DNA of 64,000 bases, taken from Rebecca billardiae RCC1528 (taxonomy: Eukaryota; Protista; Haptophyta). The notes beneath the pieces were generated by a model, which searched no databases, was not told the DNA's origin, and worked only from the letters and a program-made list of their open reading frames with translations. The first letter of the stretch is position 1. Every line of letters begins with the position of its first letter. A program made the position numbers and the translations under genes. Shown here piece by piece: positions 55,466-64,000 of the stretch. Location of the stretch: positions 1,302,001-1,366,000 of the forward strand of contig OZ251228.1 of NCBI GenBank assembly GCA_965240325.2, in the 5' to 3' direction.

Positions 55466-55608
55466 GCAATTATTGATATGACAGTTTTTCACTGATGTAT
55501 GCTTTTTCTCGCGCGTGGGAATAATTCACCGGCCGGGGAATTGGCAGCGCGCGAAAAAAATACAAGGCCTGCAAGCTGCTGTTATCAAACGGCCATCAAG
55601 CTGCCAAC

Positions 55609-55990
55609 CGGCGAGTCCAACTACTACTAACTTCGGCAAGTCCAACTACTACTAACTTCGGCGAGTCCAACTACTACTAACTTCGGCGAGTCCAACTACT
55701 ACTAACTTCGGGGAGTCCAACTACTACTACTAACTTCGGCGAGTCCAACTACTACTAACTTCGGCGAGTCCAACCACTACTAACTTCGGCGAGTCCAACT
55801 ACTACTAACTTCGGCGAGTCCAACTACTACTAACTTCGGCGAGTCCAACTACTACTAACTTCGGCGAGTCCAACTACTACTAACTCAGGCGAGTCCAACT
55901 ACTACTAACTTCGGCGAGTCCAACTACTACCAACTTCGGCGAGTCCAACTACTACTAACTCAGGCGAGTCCAACTACTACTAACTTCGGC
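55609..55990. repeat. Minisatellite, 25-bp unit CGGCGAGTCCAACTACTACTAACTT x15
   Basis: 15 head-to-tail units with few variants and no spacers. Confidence 0.97.
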
Positions 55991-56328
55991 CACAACATCA
56001 TCCACCAGCTGCTGACCAAGAACAGGCTACACCATCGTCCACCATGACCTGCCACTGACCAAGTAGGCGACGACATCATCCGCACCAGCTGCTGACCAAG
56101 TAGGGGACGGCCTGGCCGACGCCAACATGCTCACTCGCCTTTGATTTCGTACCCATGCACTTCCTGGTGGGCCTGACGACGTCCGGACGACGACAACAAC
56201 GACATCCGCCATGGGGACCAACATCAACGCGCTCACACCACTGCCACTGCTGCAAGCTTCGACCAGTACCACTACAGACGAATCAGGAGAGCTGCGCCCT
56301 CGTGCCTGTGTCTTTAAATCATAGAATT

Positions 56329-57065
56329 GGTCCAGACCTCAGGATTTGGGGAACTCGGAAATTCAAAACCCGCCGCGTGCGCCGCGAGCGCCTCCACAGC
56401 CATCCGCCGCGAGGCGCCGCCGGCTGCCGCGCCGCCGCGGTCGTAGACGTGCACGCGGCGATGGCGCACGCCGTCGGGCAGAGGCATAGAGCCTTTCTGC
56501 GCCGCCCTGCGCCGGGCGACTCGCGTCTGCCCATCTTCTCCGCGCCTTGAGCCCGCACGGACGTGTGCGCCGCCTCTCACTTCAGCCGTGCTGTCATCCC
56601 CGCAAAGTATGCGCGCGCTGAGAGCAACCCGAGGCGCGCATCCCAGGAAGGCGTGAGCCATGTTACAGTACGATCGTAGGCGCGCGCCATGGTGCCCAGC
56701 GGCTTCCCGCGCGTGCGTGCCTCTCTGCTGCCTCGGCAGGCAAGGCGCCCATATCTCTGGCTGAACGTGGCGGCGGCGCAAGCTCGCGCTCGCGCGGGCC
56801 TCAAGCTGACCTTCCAGGTGCGAGGGCGCGAAGCGCTGCGCCACGCGCAAGCTACAGTAGTTCACCGCCTCGCTACCGCCCCGCTGCGTCCCATCGGAAG
56901 CTCTACTGGACATCGCGCGGCCTCGCCCTGGCGGCGGTAGGCGCGAGCGAGGTGGCGGCGGCGGCGGCGTTCAGCTGAGTCCGGGAGCGCGGCGCCCAGA
57001 TTTCCACCCGGAAACCCACCTGGGGTGGGTTTTGGTTTTGGCTGGCAAATCCCGAGGTCTGGACC
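56329..57065. mobile_element. TIR-bounded element (~740 bp) just upstream of the dynein gene
   Basis: GGTCCAGACCTCAGGATTTG / CAAATCCCGAGGTCTGGACC (19/20), with further internal CAAAACCC / GGGTTTTG symmetry. Confidence 0.75.
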
Positions 57066-57191
57066 GGTTGGAAGCATGGCAGCCGGCCGGGCCGCCATCG
57101 TTTGCCTGGCGGTCAGTTATTGGTTAGTGATTCGACTGGTGGGCCCAGGCCAAGCCGCTCAGCGCGCTGCGGCAGGCGCGCGCGGCTCGCG

Positions 57192-60100
57192 ATGGGCGAA
57201 CCTCACGCCGACGCGCGTGTGGTGTGGGTGGAGGAGGCCGTCGTGCCCGCGCTCAAGATCAAAACCGAGCGCTTCCGCAAGCTCTGCACGTCAGAGCCCG
57301 ATTTCGCCGTCCTGAAGGACTTCCTGGACGCGACTGAGCAGCGCGTCGTCTACTTCACGGACGGCGCGAAGGAGCTGGCGATCGCCGCGCAGCCGCCCGC
57401 GAGCGTGAAGAAGAAGGTCGTCTACCTCCTGCGCGACGAGGGCGACCCGCTCACCGCCGAGACCATCCGCTCGCGCGTGATGTTTGGCGACCTGCACCCG
57501 AAGCCGCTCGACGGGCTGCTCGCGGCGTGCTCGGACGTGTACCTGCCGATCATCTCGAGCCCGGCGAACCAGCAGGGCTGGCCCGACGTGGTGGCGAACG
57601 AGGTGACGGAGATCTTCCACCGCACGGTCGCCGCCATCTACGTCGCCCTCGGCCAGGCGCAGGGCAAGACGCTGCTGCCGCTCCCGCCCGCGCAGATGCT
57701 CGCGCCCGACGCGCCCGGCAGCGCGGGCTCAAAGGACCGGATCCACGTGCTCGAGACGGCGGTGGTGACGTGGACGATGCAGATCAAGAACGTGCTCAAG
57801 CTCGACCCCGAGGAGGTGCTGCACGTGGGCAACCCCGGCCCGCTCGCCGGCCTCGAGTTCTGGTCGGCCAAGGCGGCCAACCTGCAGTCGATGCAGCAGC
57901 AGCTGCACGGCGAGAAGATCCGCAAGGTGATGCGCGTGCTCAACCTGACCAAGTCGCCGTACTACGACGCGTTCGCGCTGCTGATCAAGGAGGTGGACCT
58001 GGCGTGCGCCGAGGCCGTCGACAACACCAAGTTCCTCCGCACGCTGCGCGTCTCCTTCGAGAAGCTCAACGGCGGCGACGACTTCCTCGAGCTGCCCGCG
58101 CTCTTCACGCCGATCATGCACCTCGCGCTGCTCGTGTGGCGCGACTCGAAGCACTTCAACACGCCGGCGGGGCTGGCGGTGCTGCTGCGCCAGATCTGCA
58201 ACGACCTGATCGCGCGCGCGCGCGCGTACGTCGAGCCCGACGAGGTCTTCAACATCGAGGCGAGCGAGGCCGTCGAGCGGCTCGTGCTCACGCTCAAGGT
58301 GTGCGGCCACTTCAAGTCGTGCTATTTCACGTACAAGCTCAAGTCGGCGAAGGAGATCCCGCAGAACCCGTGGAAGGTGCAGAACTCGGCGCTGTTCCCG
58401 CGGCTCGACGCGTTCCTCGAGCGGTGCATGGACCTGCTCGACCTCTTCAAAACCGTCACGCAGTTCGAGAAGCTCGAGCGCGTCGAGATTGGCGGCAACA
58501 AGGGCGCGCACCTCACGCTGTGCGTCGCGCAGATCTACGCCGACTTCGAGGCGCTGTTCACGGGGTTCAAGCAGGTGGGGTACGACGTGCTCGACGTGGA
58601 CATCGCGCGGTTCGAGGCGGACTACTACGCCTTCCGCCAGCGCATCCAGGAGCTCGAGGCGCGCCTCGCCACCGTGCTCAACGACGGCTTCGACGACTGC
58701 GCGACGCTGTACGACGCGTTCAAGCTGACCGACTCGTTCGGCGAGCTGCTCGAGCGCGACTTCATCCAGGCGGACCTCGAGCTGCGGCACATCCGCGTGA
58801 TCAAGGCGTTCGGCACCGACCTGGCCGACGTGCGCCGCGCCTTCCTCCGCGACCACGAGCGCTCGCTCGTCGGCAAGTTCTACGAGCGCGAGGGCGCGCC
58901 GCTGTACGCCAACATGCCGCCGGTCGCGGGCGCGCTCTACTGGGTGCGCGGGCTGATCGAGCGGATCGAGCAGCCGATGGGGCACCTGGAGCGGGTGATG
59001 GCGCTGTGCGCGGAGTTCGACGAGACGCGCGACACGCTCGCGCTGCACCAGGACGTGCTCGCCCAGCTCAAGGAGTTCGAGGGCGCGACGTACGACGACT
59101 GGGCGCTCTCGGTCGACTCGGTCTCGTCTGAGAAGCTGCAGATGCCGCTGCTCGTGCGCGACCGCGACACGGGCGAGCTCGCGGTCAACTTCGACTCGGC
59201 GCTGGTGCGGCTGCTGCGCGAGGTGAAGTACCTGCACATGCTCGCGCTCAAGACGCCCGACATCGCCGAGGAGCTCTTCGCCAAGCACGAGGTCTTCCGC
59301 GTGCAGATCGGCAAGCTCAACCAGGTGACGCACAAGTACAACCACATGGTGCGCACGATGCTGGACGTCGAGAAGCCGCTGCTCAAGGGGCAGATGAAGT
59401 CGATCGACAAGCTGATCGAGCGCGGCGTGCGCGACCTCACCTGGTCCGCCGGCGGGATCAACGAGTTCATCGACCAGGCGATGGTCCTCGTCTCGGAGGC
59501 GCACGCCACGCTCGCCGAGATGAAGTCGAACATGCACGCGATCGAGAAGCTGCTGGACGAGTGGGCGGTGCAGCCGCTCATGCGGCGCAAGGAGGGCAAG
59601 ACGTACACGCCCGCGTCGTTCGTCGAGGAGCACGAGCAGTACCTCGAGACGCGGTACAAGAACATCACCGAGTCCGCCAAGCAGATCCACAAGCTGCTCG
59701 CCAACTCGAACCTCACGCTCAAGGTGTCGAAGGGCGCGCCCGCGTGGCGCGCGTACGTCGAGTTCATCAACGACATCGTGCTCGCCGGGCTGTCGCGCAC
59801 CGTCGTCACGTCGCTGCGCTACCTGCTGCAGCAGGTCGACCCGACGCTCGCCAAGCCGCCGAAGAACGGCGCGCCGCTCGACCTCACGCCGATGCTCGAG
59901 GTCGAGCTGCTGCTCGAGGGCGGAGACGTGCGCTTCAGCCCAGAGCTCGGCGTCGCGCTCGCCGGCACGGGCACGGGCGTGCTCGACCGGATCTACGCGC
60001 TGATCGCCGACTTCTACGAGTGCGTGCGGCTCGTCTCGCGGCTCGAGCGGCAGGACGGCGACTTCCTCAAGGAGATCGAGGAGAACGAGGACGTGCGCTT

Positions 60101-63100
60101 CGCCGTGCACCGCATCATCACCGAGTGTGAGGAGAACACAGCGCAGTGCAACGAGTTCCGCAAGCCCTTCCTCGAGCACCGCCACCTGTGGACGAAGGAG
60201 ATCGACTCGCAGCTCGGCCGCTTCAACTCGACGCGCCGCGCCGCCGACGCCGACGCGGACGCGCCGCCGCCCACGCCGCTCACGCCGGTGACCGCGGTCG
60301 CGGACGCAATGTTTGGCGAGCACCGAGACGGCACCGCCGAGCTCGCCGACATCAACCTGCAGGACTTCGACGAGCAGATCGCGCAGTTCAAGTCGGAGCA
60401 GGCGCAGGTGGAGCACCTGCCCGCGGGCGCGACCTCGCGCTTCATCCGGATCAACTCCAAGCCGGTCAAGAACGCGCTCTCCGTGTGGGCGTCCAAGTGG
60501 GTGTACGCGCACACGCACCTGCTCGAGAAGCGCATCGCGCTCGCGCTCGATGACCTCATGTCGTTCGTCTCCAAGGTGCAGGGCGGGCTGAGCACGGACA
60601 TCGACCCGGAGGACACGGAGCAGCTGATCACGGCGATGACGTACATCCGCGACGTGCGCCGCCGCACCGACGAGATCGACCACATGTGGGCGCCGCTCAA
60701 CGGCACGGTCGCGCTGCTGCGCAAGTACGGGATCGCCGTGCCCGAGGCGACGATGGAGCTGATCGAGAGCGCGCCGCAAAAGTGGGAGAACGCGCGCAAG
60801 GCGACGGTGAACGCGCGCGAGGCGCTCGGCCCGCTGCAGGCGCTGCAGGCGGAGAAGATCAAGGAGGAGGTCGAGGACTTCGGCGAGCGCGTCGAGGAGT
60901 TCGTCGCCGCGTTCGACGAGGAGGCGCCGTTCAAGTTTGGCGTCGGCATCGAGCTCGCGTACCAGCGGCTCGACGAGTGGAACCAGAAGCTGGTCGAGAT
61001 GGAGCAGGAGGCGGCGACGCTCGCCGAGTCGGAGGAGCTCTTCGAGGTGTACGTGCACACGTACAAGGAGATGCACGAGTGCCGCGCCAAGCTGCTGCTG
61101 CTCAAGCACTCGTGGGACGTCGCGTCGCTCGTGATCGAGGTCTTCGCCGACTGGCGCAACACGCTCTGGTCGTCGGTGGACGTCGACGAGATGATCGAGG
61201 AGTCGAAGCGGCTGATGAAGGAGGTCAAGTCGCTGCCCAAGGCGGCGAAGGCGTGGGACGTGTTCGCCGGGCTCTCGGCGCTCGTGCAGGAGATGACGAT
61301 CTCGCTCCCGCTCGTGCAGGACCTGGGCGACGACTCGATGCGCGAGCGGCACTGGAAGAAGCTGATGCGCACGTGCGGCAAGACGTTCGTGATGGACTCC
61401 AAGTTCAAGCTCGACCACCTGCTCGCGCTCAACCTGCACGAGTTCCAGGACGCGGTGGGCGACATCGTCGAGCAGGCGCGGCAGGAGCTCAAGATCGACA
61501 ACCAGCTCTCCAAGATCATCGCCACGTGGTCGCAGCTCGAGCTGCAGTACGAGCCGTTCAAGCAGACGGGCGTGCACGTGCTGCGCCCGGCCGACATGGT
61601 GATCGAGGCGCTGGACGAGCACGAGAACTCGCTGCAGAACATGATGGGCAACCGCTTCATGGGCTTCTTCGAGCTGCAGATCACCGACTGGAAGACCAAG
61701 CTCGCCAAGGTGCGCACCGTGCTCGACATCTGGTCCGAGGTGCAGCGCGCGTGGTGCTCGCTCGAGTCCATCTTCCTCGGCTCGGAGGACATCCGCGAGC
61801 AGCTGCCCGAGGACGCGAAGCGCTTCGACCAGATCGACGCGGACTTCCGCGAGCAGATGGCGGGGGCGAAGGAGACGAAGAACCCCGTCGACGCGTGCAC
61901 CGCCGACGGGCGCGAGGACGCCTTCACCAAGTGCCAGACCAACCTCGACCTGTGCCAGAAGTCGCTCGCCGAGTACCTTGAGGTGAAGAAGAAGAAGTTC
62001 CCGCGCTTCTACTTCGTCTCGCCCGCCGACCTGGTGGACATCCTGTCGAAGGGGCGGAACCCGCCGCTCATCCAGGAGCACTTCTCCAAGTTCACCGACA
62101 ACACCGCCAAGATCGACTGGGCCGTCGACGAGGAGACCGGCGCGCAGCTCCCGGTCGCGCGCGGCATGTTCTCGGGCGAGGGCGAGCACGTGCCGTACAC
62201 GGAGGAGTACCGGTGCGAGGGGCAGGTGGAGGAGTGGCTGACGGGGCTGATGAACCACTCGCAGCACGAGATCAAGCAGGCGCTCGTCGAGTCGGTCAAC
62301 GCCTTCGTCGAGCTGCCGCGCAACGAGTGGCTCTTCAAGTACAGCGCGCAGCTCTCGATCACCACCTCGCAGATCTGGTGGACGCTCGAGGTCTACTCTG
62401 CGTTCGACCGGCTCGAGACCGGCAACGAGAACGCGCTCAAGGACTACCTGGGCGTGGCGATCGCCGGGCTGGCGACGCTGACGCAGCTCGTGGCGACCAA
62501 GCTCTCCCGCGGCGACCGCGTCAAGATGATCACGATGATCACCATCGAGGTGCACGCGCGCGACATCGTGCAGCGGCTCATCACCAACCGCATCGACTCG
62601 TCGTCCGAGTTTGCGTGGCAGTCGCAGCTCAAGTACCGCTGGGACGAGGAGCGCAAGGACTGCATGATCAACATCGCGGACGCGGAGATGAGCTACTCGT
62701 ACGAGTACACGGGCAACACCGGCCGCCTCGTCATCACCGCGCTCACCGACCGCTGCTACATCACGCTCACGCAGGCGCTGCGGCTCATCCTCGGCGGCGC
62801 GCCCGCCGGCCCGGCCGGCACGGGCAAGACGGAGACGACCAAGGACCTCGGCCGCGGGCTGGCGATCTGGGTGATCGTGCAGAACTGCTCGGACCAGATG
62901 AACAACAAGGTGATGGCCAACTTCTTCTCCGGCCTCGCGCAGACCGGCGCGTGGGGCTGCTTCGACGAGTTCAACCGGATCGCGGTCGAGGTGCTCTCGG
63001 TCGTCGCCGGCCAGTACATGTCAATCCTCGAGGCGATCCGCTCCAACAAGCGGCAGTTCCTCTTCGAGGAGGACGAGATCGCGCTCAACCCGACGGTGGG

Positions 63101-64000
63101 CGCGTTCATCACGATGAACCCCGGCTACGCCGGCCGCACCGAGCTGCCCGAGAACCTCAAGGCCCTCTTCCGCCCGTGCGCGATGGTCGTGCCCGACTTT
63201 GGGAACATCGCCGAGATCTCGCTCGCCGCCGAGGGCTTTCTCGAGGCCAAGCCGCTCGCGCACAAGTTCGTCACGCTGTTCGCGCTGTGCAAGGAGCTGC
63301 TCTCGAAGCAGGACCACTACGACTGGGGGCTGCGCGCGATGAAGGGCATCCTGCGCATCGCCGGCGACATGAAGCGCACCGAGCCGACCAAGACCGAGTT
63401 TCAGATCCTGATGCGCGCGCTGCGCGACACCAACCTGCCCAAGTTTGTGCTCGCCGACTTCGGCATCTTCCTCGGGCTGATCAACGACCTGTTCCCGCGC
63501 GTGGAGGAGGCGGCGAAGACGGACCCGCGGCTGATGCAGGCGTGCAAGGAGGTGATCGCGAAGCCCGACTCGGCGCTCCAGCCCGAGGAGCTCTTCATCA
63601 CCAAGATCTGCAACCTGGCGGAGATGCTCGGCGTGCGCCACTGCTGCTTTGTGCTCGGCGCGGCCGGCGCGGCCAAGACCAAGCTGTGGGAGACGCTCGC
63701 GGCGGCGCAGACGCACCTGCAGCTCGGCGGGGCGGCGACGATGTACCAGGCGCTCAACCCCAAGGCGGTCACCACCAACGAGCTCTACGGCTACGTCCAC
63801 CCCGTCACCAAGGAGCCGTACGACGGCATCATCTCCAAAATGATGCGCGACTACTCGCGCATGGAGAACGACGTGCCCAAGTGGATCATCCTCGACGGCG
63901 ACATCGACGCGGAGTGGATCGAGTCGATGAACACGGTGATGGACGACAACAAGGTGCTCACGCTCGTCTCGAACGAGCGCATCCCGCTCACCGCGTCGAT
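57192..64000 (+). CDS. Axonemal dynein heavy chain, outer-arm beta-like (DNAH9/11/17, ODA4 class); runs off the window
   Basis: Frame opens at ATG 57192 and is in phase with the AAA1 P-loop GPAGTGKT (62808), NCSDQM, WGCFDEFNRI, FITMNPGYAGRTELPENLKALFRP, QDHYDWGLR and DGDIDAEWIESMNTVMDDNK. Tail and linker (FPRFYFVS) are present. Confidence 0.96.
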   Translation, partial: MGEPHADARVVWVEEAVVPALKIKTERFRKLCTSEPDFAVLKDFLDATEQRVVYFTDGAKELAIAAQPPASVKKKVVYLLRDEGDPLTAETIRSRVMFGDLHPKPLDGLLAACSDVYLPIISSPANQQGWPDVVANEVTEIFHRTVAAIYVALGQAQGKTLLPLPPAQMLAPDAPGSAGSKDRIHVLETAVVTWTMQIKNVLKLDPEEVLHVGNPGPLAGLEFWSAKAANLQSMQQQLHGEKIRKVMRVLNLTKSPYYDAFALLIKEVDLACAEAVDNTKFLRTLRVSFEKLNGGDDFLELPALFTPIMHLALLVWRDSKHFNTPAGLAVLLRQICNDLIARARAYVEPDEVFNIEASEAVERLVLTLKVCGHFKSCYFTYKLKSAKEIPQNPWKVQNSALFPRLDAFLERCMDLLDLFKTVTQFEKLERVEIGGNKGAHLTLCVAQIYADFEALFTGFKQVGYDVLDVDIARFEADYYAFRQRIQELEARLATVLNDGFDDCATLYDAFKLTDSFGELLERDFIQADLELRHIRVIKAFGTDLADVRRAFLRDHERSLVGKFYEREGAPLYANMPPVAGALYWVRGLIERIEQPMGHLERVMALCAEFDETRDTLALHQDVLAQLKEFEGATYDDWALSVDSVSSEKLQMPLLVRDRDTGELAVNFDSALVRLLREVKYLHMLALKTPDIAEELFAKHEVFRVQIGKLNQVTHKYNHMVRTMLDVEKPLLKGQMKSIDKLIERGVRDLTWSAGGINEFIDQAMVLVSEAHATLAEMKSNMHAIEKLLDEWAVQPLMRRKEGKTYTPASFVEEHEQYLETRYKNITESAKQIHKLLANSNLTLKVSKGAPAWRAYVEFINDIVLAGLSRTVVTSLRYLLQQVDPTLAKPPKNGAPLDLTPMLEVELLLEGGDVRFSPELGVALAGTGTGVLDRIYALIADFYECVRLVSRLERQDGDFLKEIEENEDVRFAVHRIITECEENTAQCNEFRKPFLEHRHLWTKEIDSQLGRFNSTRRAADADADAPPPTPLTPVTAVADAMFGEHRDGTAELADINLQDFDEQIAQFKSEQAQVEHLPAGATSRFIRINSKPVKNALSVWASKWVYAHTHLLEKRIALALDDLMSFVSKVQGGLSTDIDPEDTEQLITAMTYIRDVRRRTDEIDHMWAPLNGTVALLRKYGIAVPEATMELIESAPQKWENARKATVNAREALGPLQALQAEKIKEEVEDFGERVEEFVAAFDEEAPFKFGVGIELAYQRLDEWNQKLVEMEQEAATLAESEELFEVYVHTYKEMHECRAKLLLLKHSWDVASLVIEVFADWRNTLWSSVDVDEMIEESKRLMKEVKSLPKAAKAWDVFAGLSALVQEMTISLPLVQDLGDDSMRERHWKKLMRTCGKTFVMDSKFKLDHLLALNLHEFQDAVGDIVEQARQELKIDNQLSKIIATWSQLELQYEPFKQTGVHVLRPADMVIEALDEHENSLQNMMGNRFMGFFELQITDWKTKLAKVRTVLDIWSEVQRAWCSLESIFLGSEDIREQLPEDAKRFDQIDADFREQMAGAKETKNPVDACTADGREDAFTKCQTNLDLCQKSLAEYLEVKKKKFPRFYFVSPADLVDILSKGRNPPLIQEHFSKFTDNTAKIDWAVDEETGAQLPVARGMFSGEGEHVPYTEEYRCEGQVEEWLTGLMNHSQHEIKQALVESVNAFVELPRNEWLFKYSAQLSITTSQIWWTLEVYSAFDRLETGNENALKDYLGVAIAGLATLTQLVATKLSRGDRVKMITMITIEVHARDIVQRLITNRIDSSSEFAWQSQLKYRWDEERKDCMINIADAEMSYSYEYTGNTGRLVITALTDRCYITLTQALRLILGGAPAGPAGTGKTETTKDLGRGLAIWVIVQNCSDQMNNKVMANFFSGLAQTGAWGCFDEFNRIAVEVLSVVAGQYMSILEAIRSNKRQFLFEEDEIALNPTVGAFITMNPGYAGRTELPENLKALFRPCAMVVPDFGNIAEISLAAEGFLEAKPLAHKFVTLFALCKELLSKQDHYDWGLRAMKGILRIAGDMKRTEPTKTEFQILMRALRDTNLPKFVLADFGIFLGLINDLFPRVEEAAKTDPRLMQACKEVIAKPDSALQPEELFITKICNLAEMLGVRHCCFVLGAAGAAKTKLWETLAAAQTHLQLGGAATMYQALNPKAVTTNELYGYVHPVTKEPYDGIISKMMRDYSRMENDVPKWIILDGDIDAEWIESMNTVMDDNKVLTLVSNERIPLTAS

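Noticed and set aside
55609-55990. CRISPR array or telomeric repeat
   Set aside because: Units are head-to-tail with no unique spacers, no cas genes are present, and the unit is not a telomere motif.
57729-62555. 1608-aa minus-strand ORF and other long antisense ORFs (e.g. 15049-17667, 37750-39396, 4159-5901)
   Set aside because: These are shadows of real genes. Extreme GC3 removes stop codons from the opposite strand, and they have no recognisable motifs.

Overview
Very GC-rich eukaryotic nuclear DNA, not prokaryotic. It has spliceosomal GT-AG introns, an axonemal dynein and a TadA with a bipartite plastid-type leader. These point to a flagellated alga with a complex plastid, most likely a haptophyte such as a Pavlovales species (inference). 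About 21 genes are visible: WDR46/UTP7, two tandem PhyH-like dioxygenases, a voltage-sensor-only membrane protein, a cPLA2/patatin-like lipase, a dual-specificity phosphatase, two GT47 exostosins, MED7, a PLOD-type glycosyltransferase, a frameshifted RTX-like secreted protein, an NT-C2 coiled-coil protein, an HSL-family hydrolase, SURF4, TadA, an F-box/RCC1 protein, a membrane TIR-like protein, the 5' part of an outer-arm dynein heavy chain, and a few unknowns. Many genes sit head-to-head across 80-270 bp gaps. The other intergenic DNA is crowded with non-autonomous mobile elements: TA-flanked CAG...CTG MITEs, other TIR elements, two Helitron2-type elements carrying different cargo, a 310-bp foldback, minisatellites and apparent excision footprints. 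The most notable signals are (1) introns whose two ends are complementary (CG)n tracts instead of a polypyrimidine tract, (2) a TACAGTA Tc1/mariner-type footprint that exactly explains a gene frameshift, with recurrent copies in scarred intergenic DNA, (3) the Helitron2-like cargo elements, and (4) a strongly CpG-depleted transposon in a CpG-rich genome. All intron boundaries and counts were read by eye.
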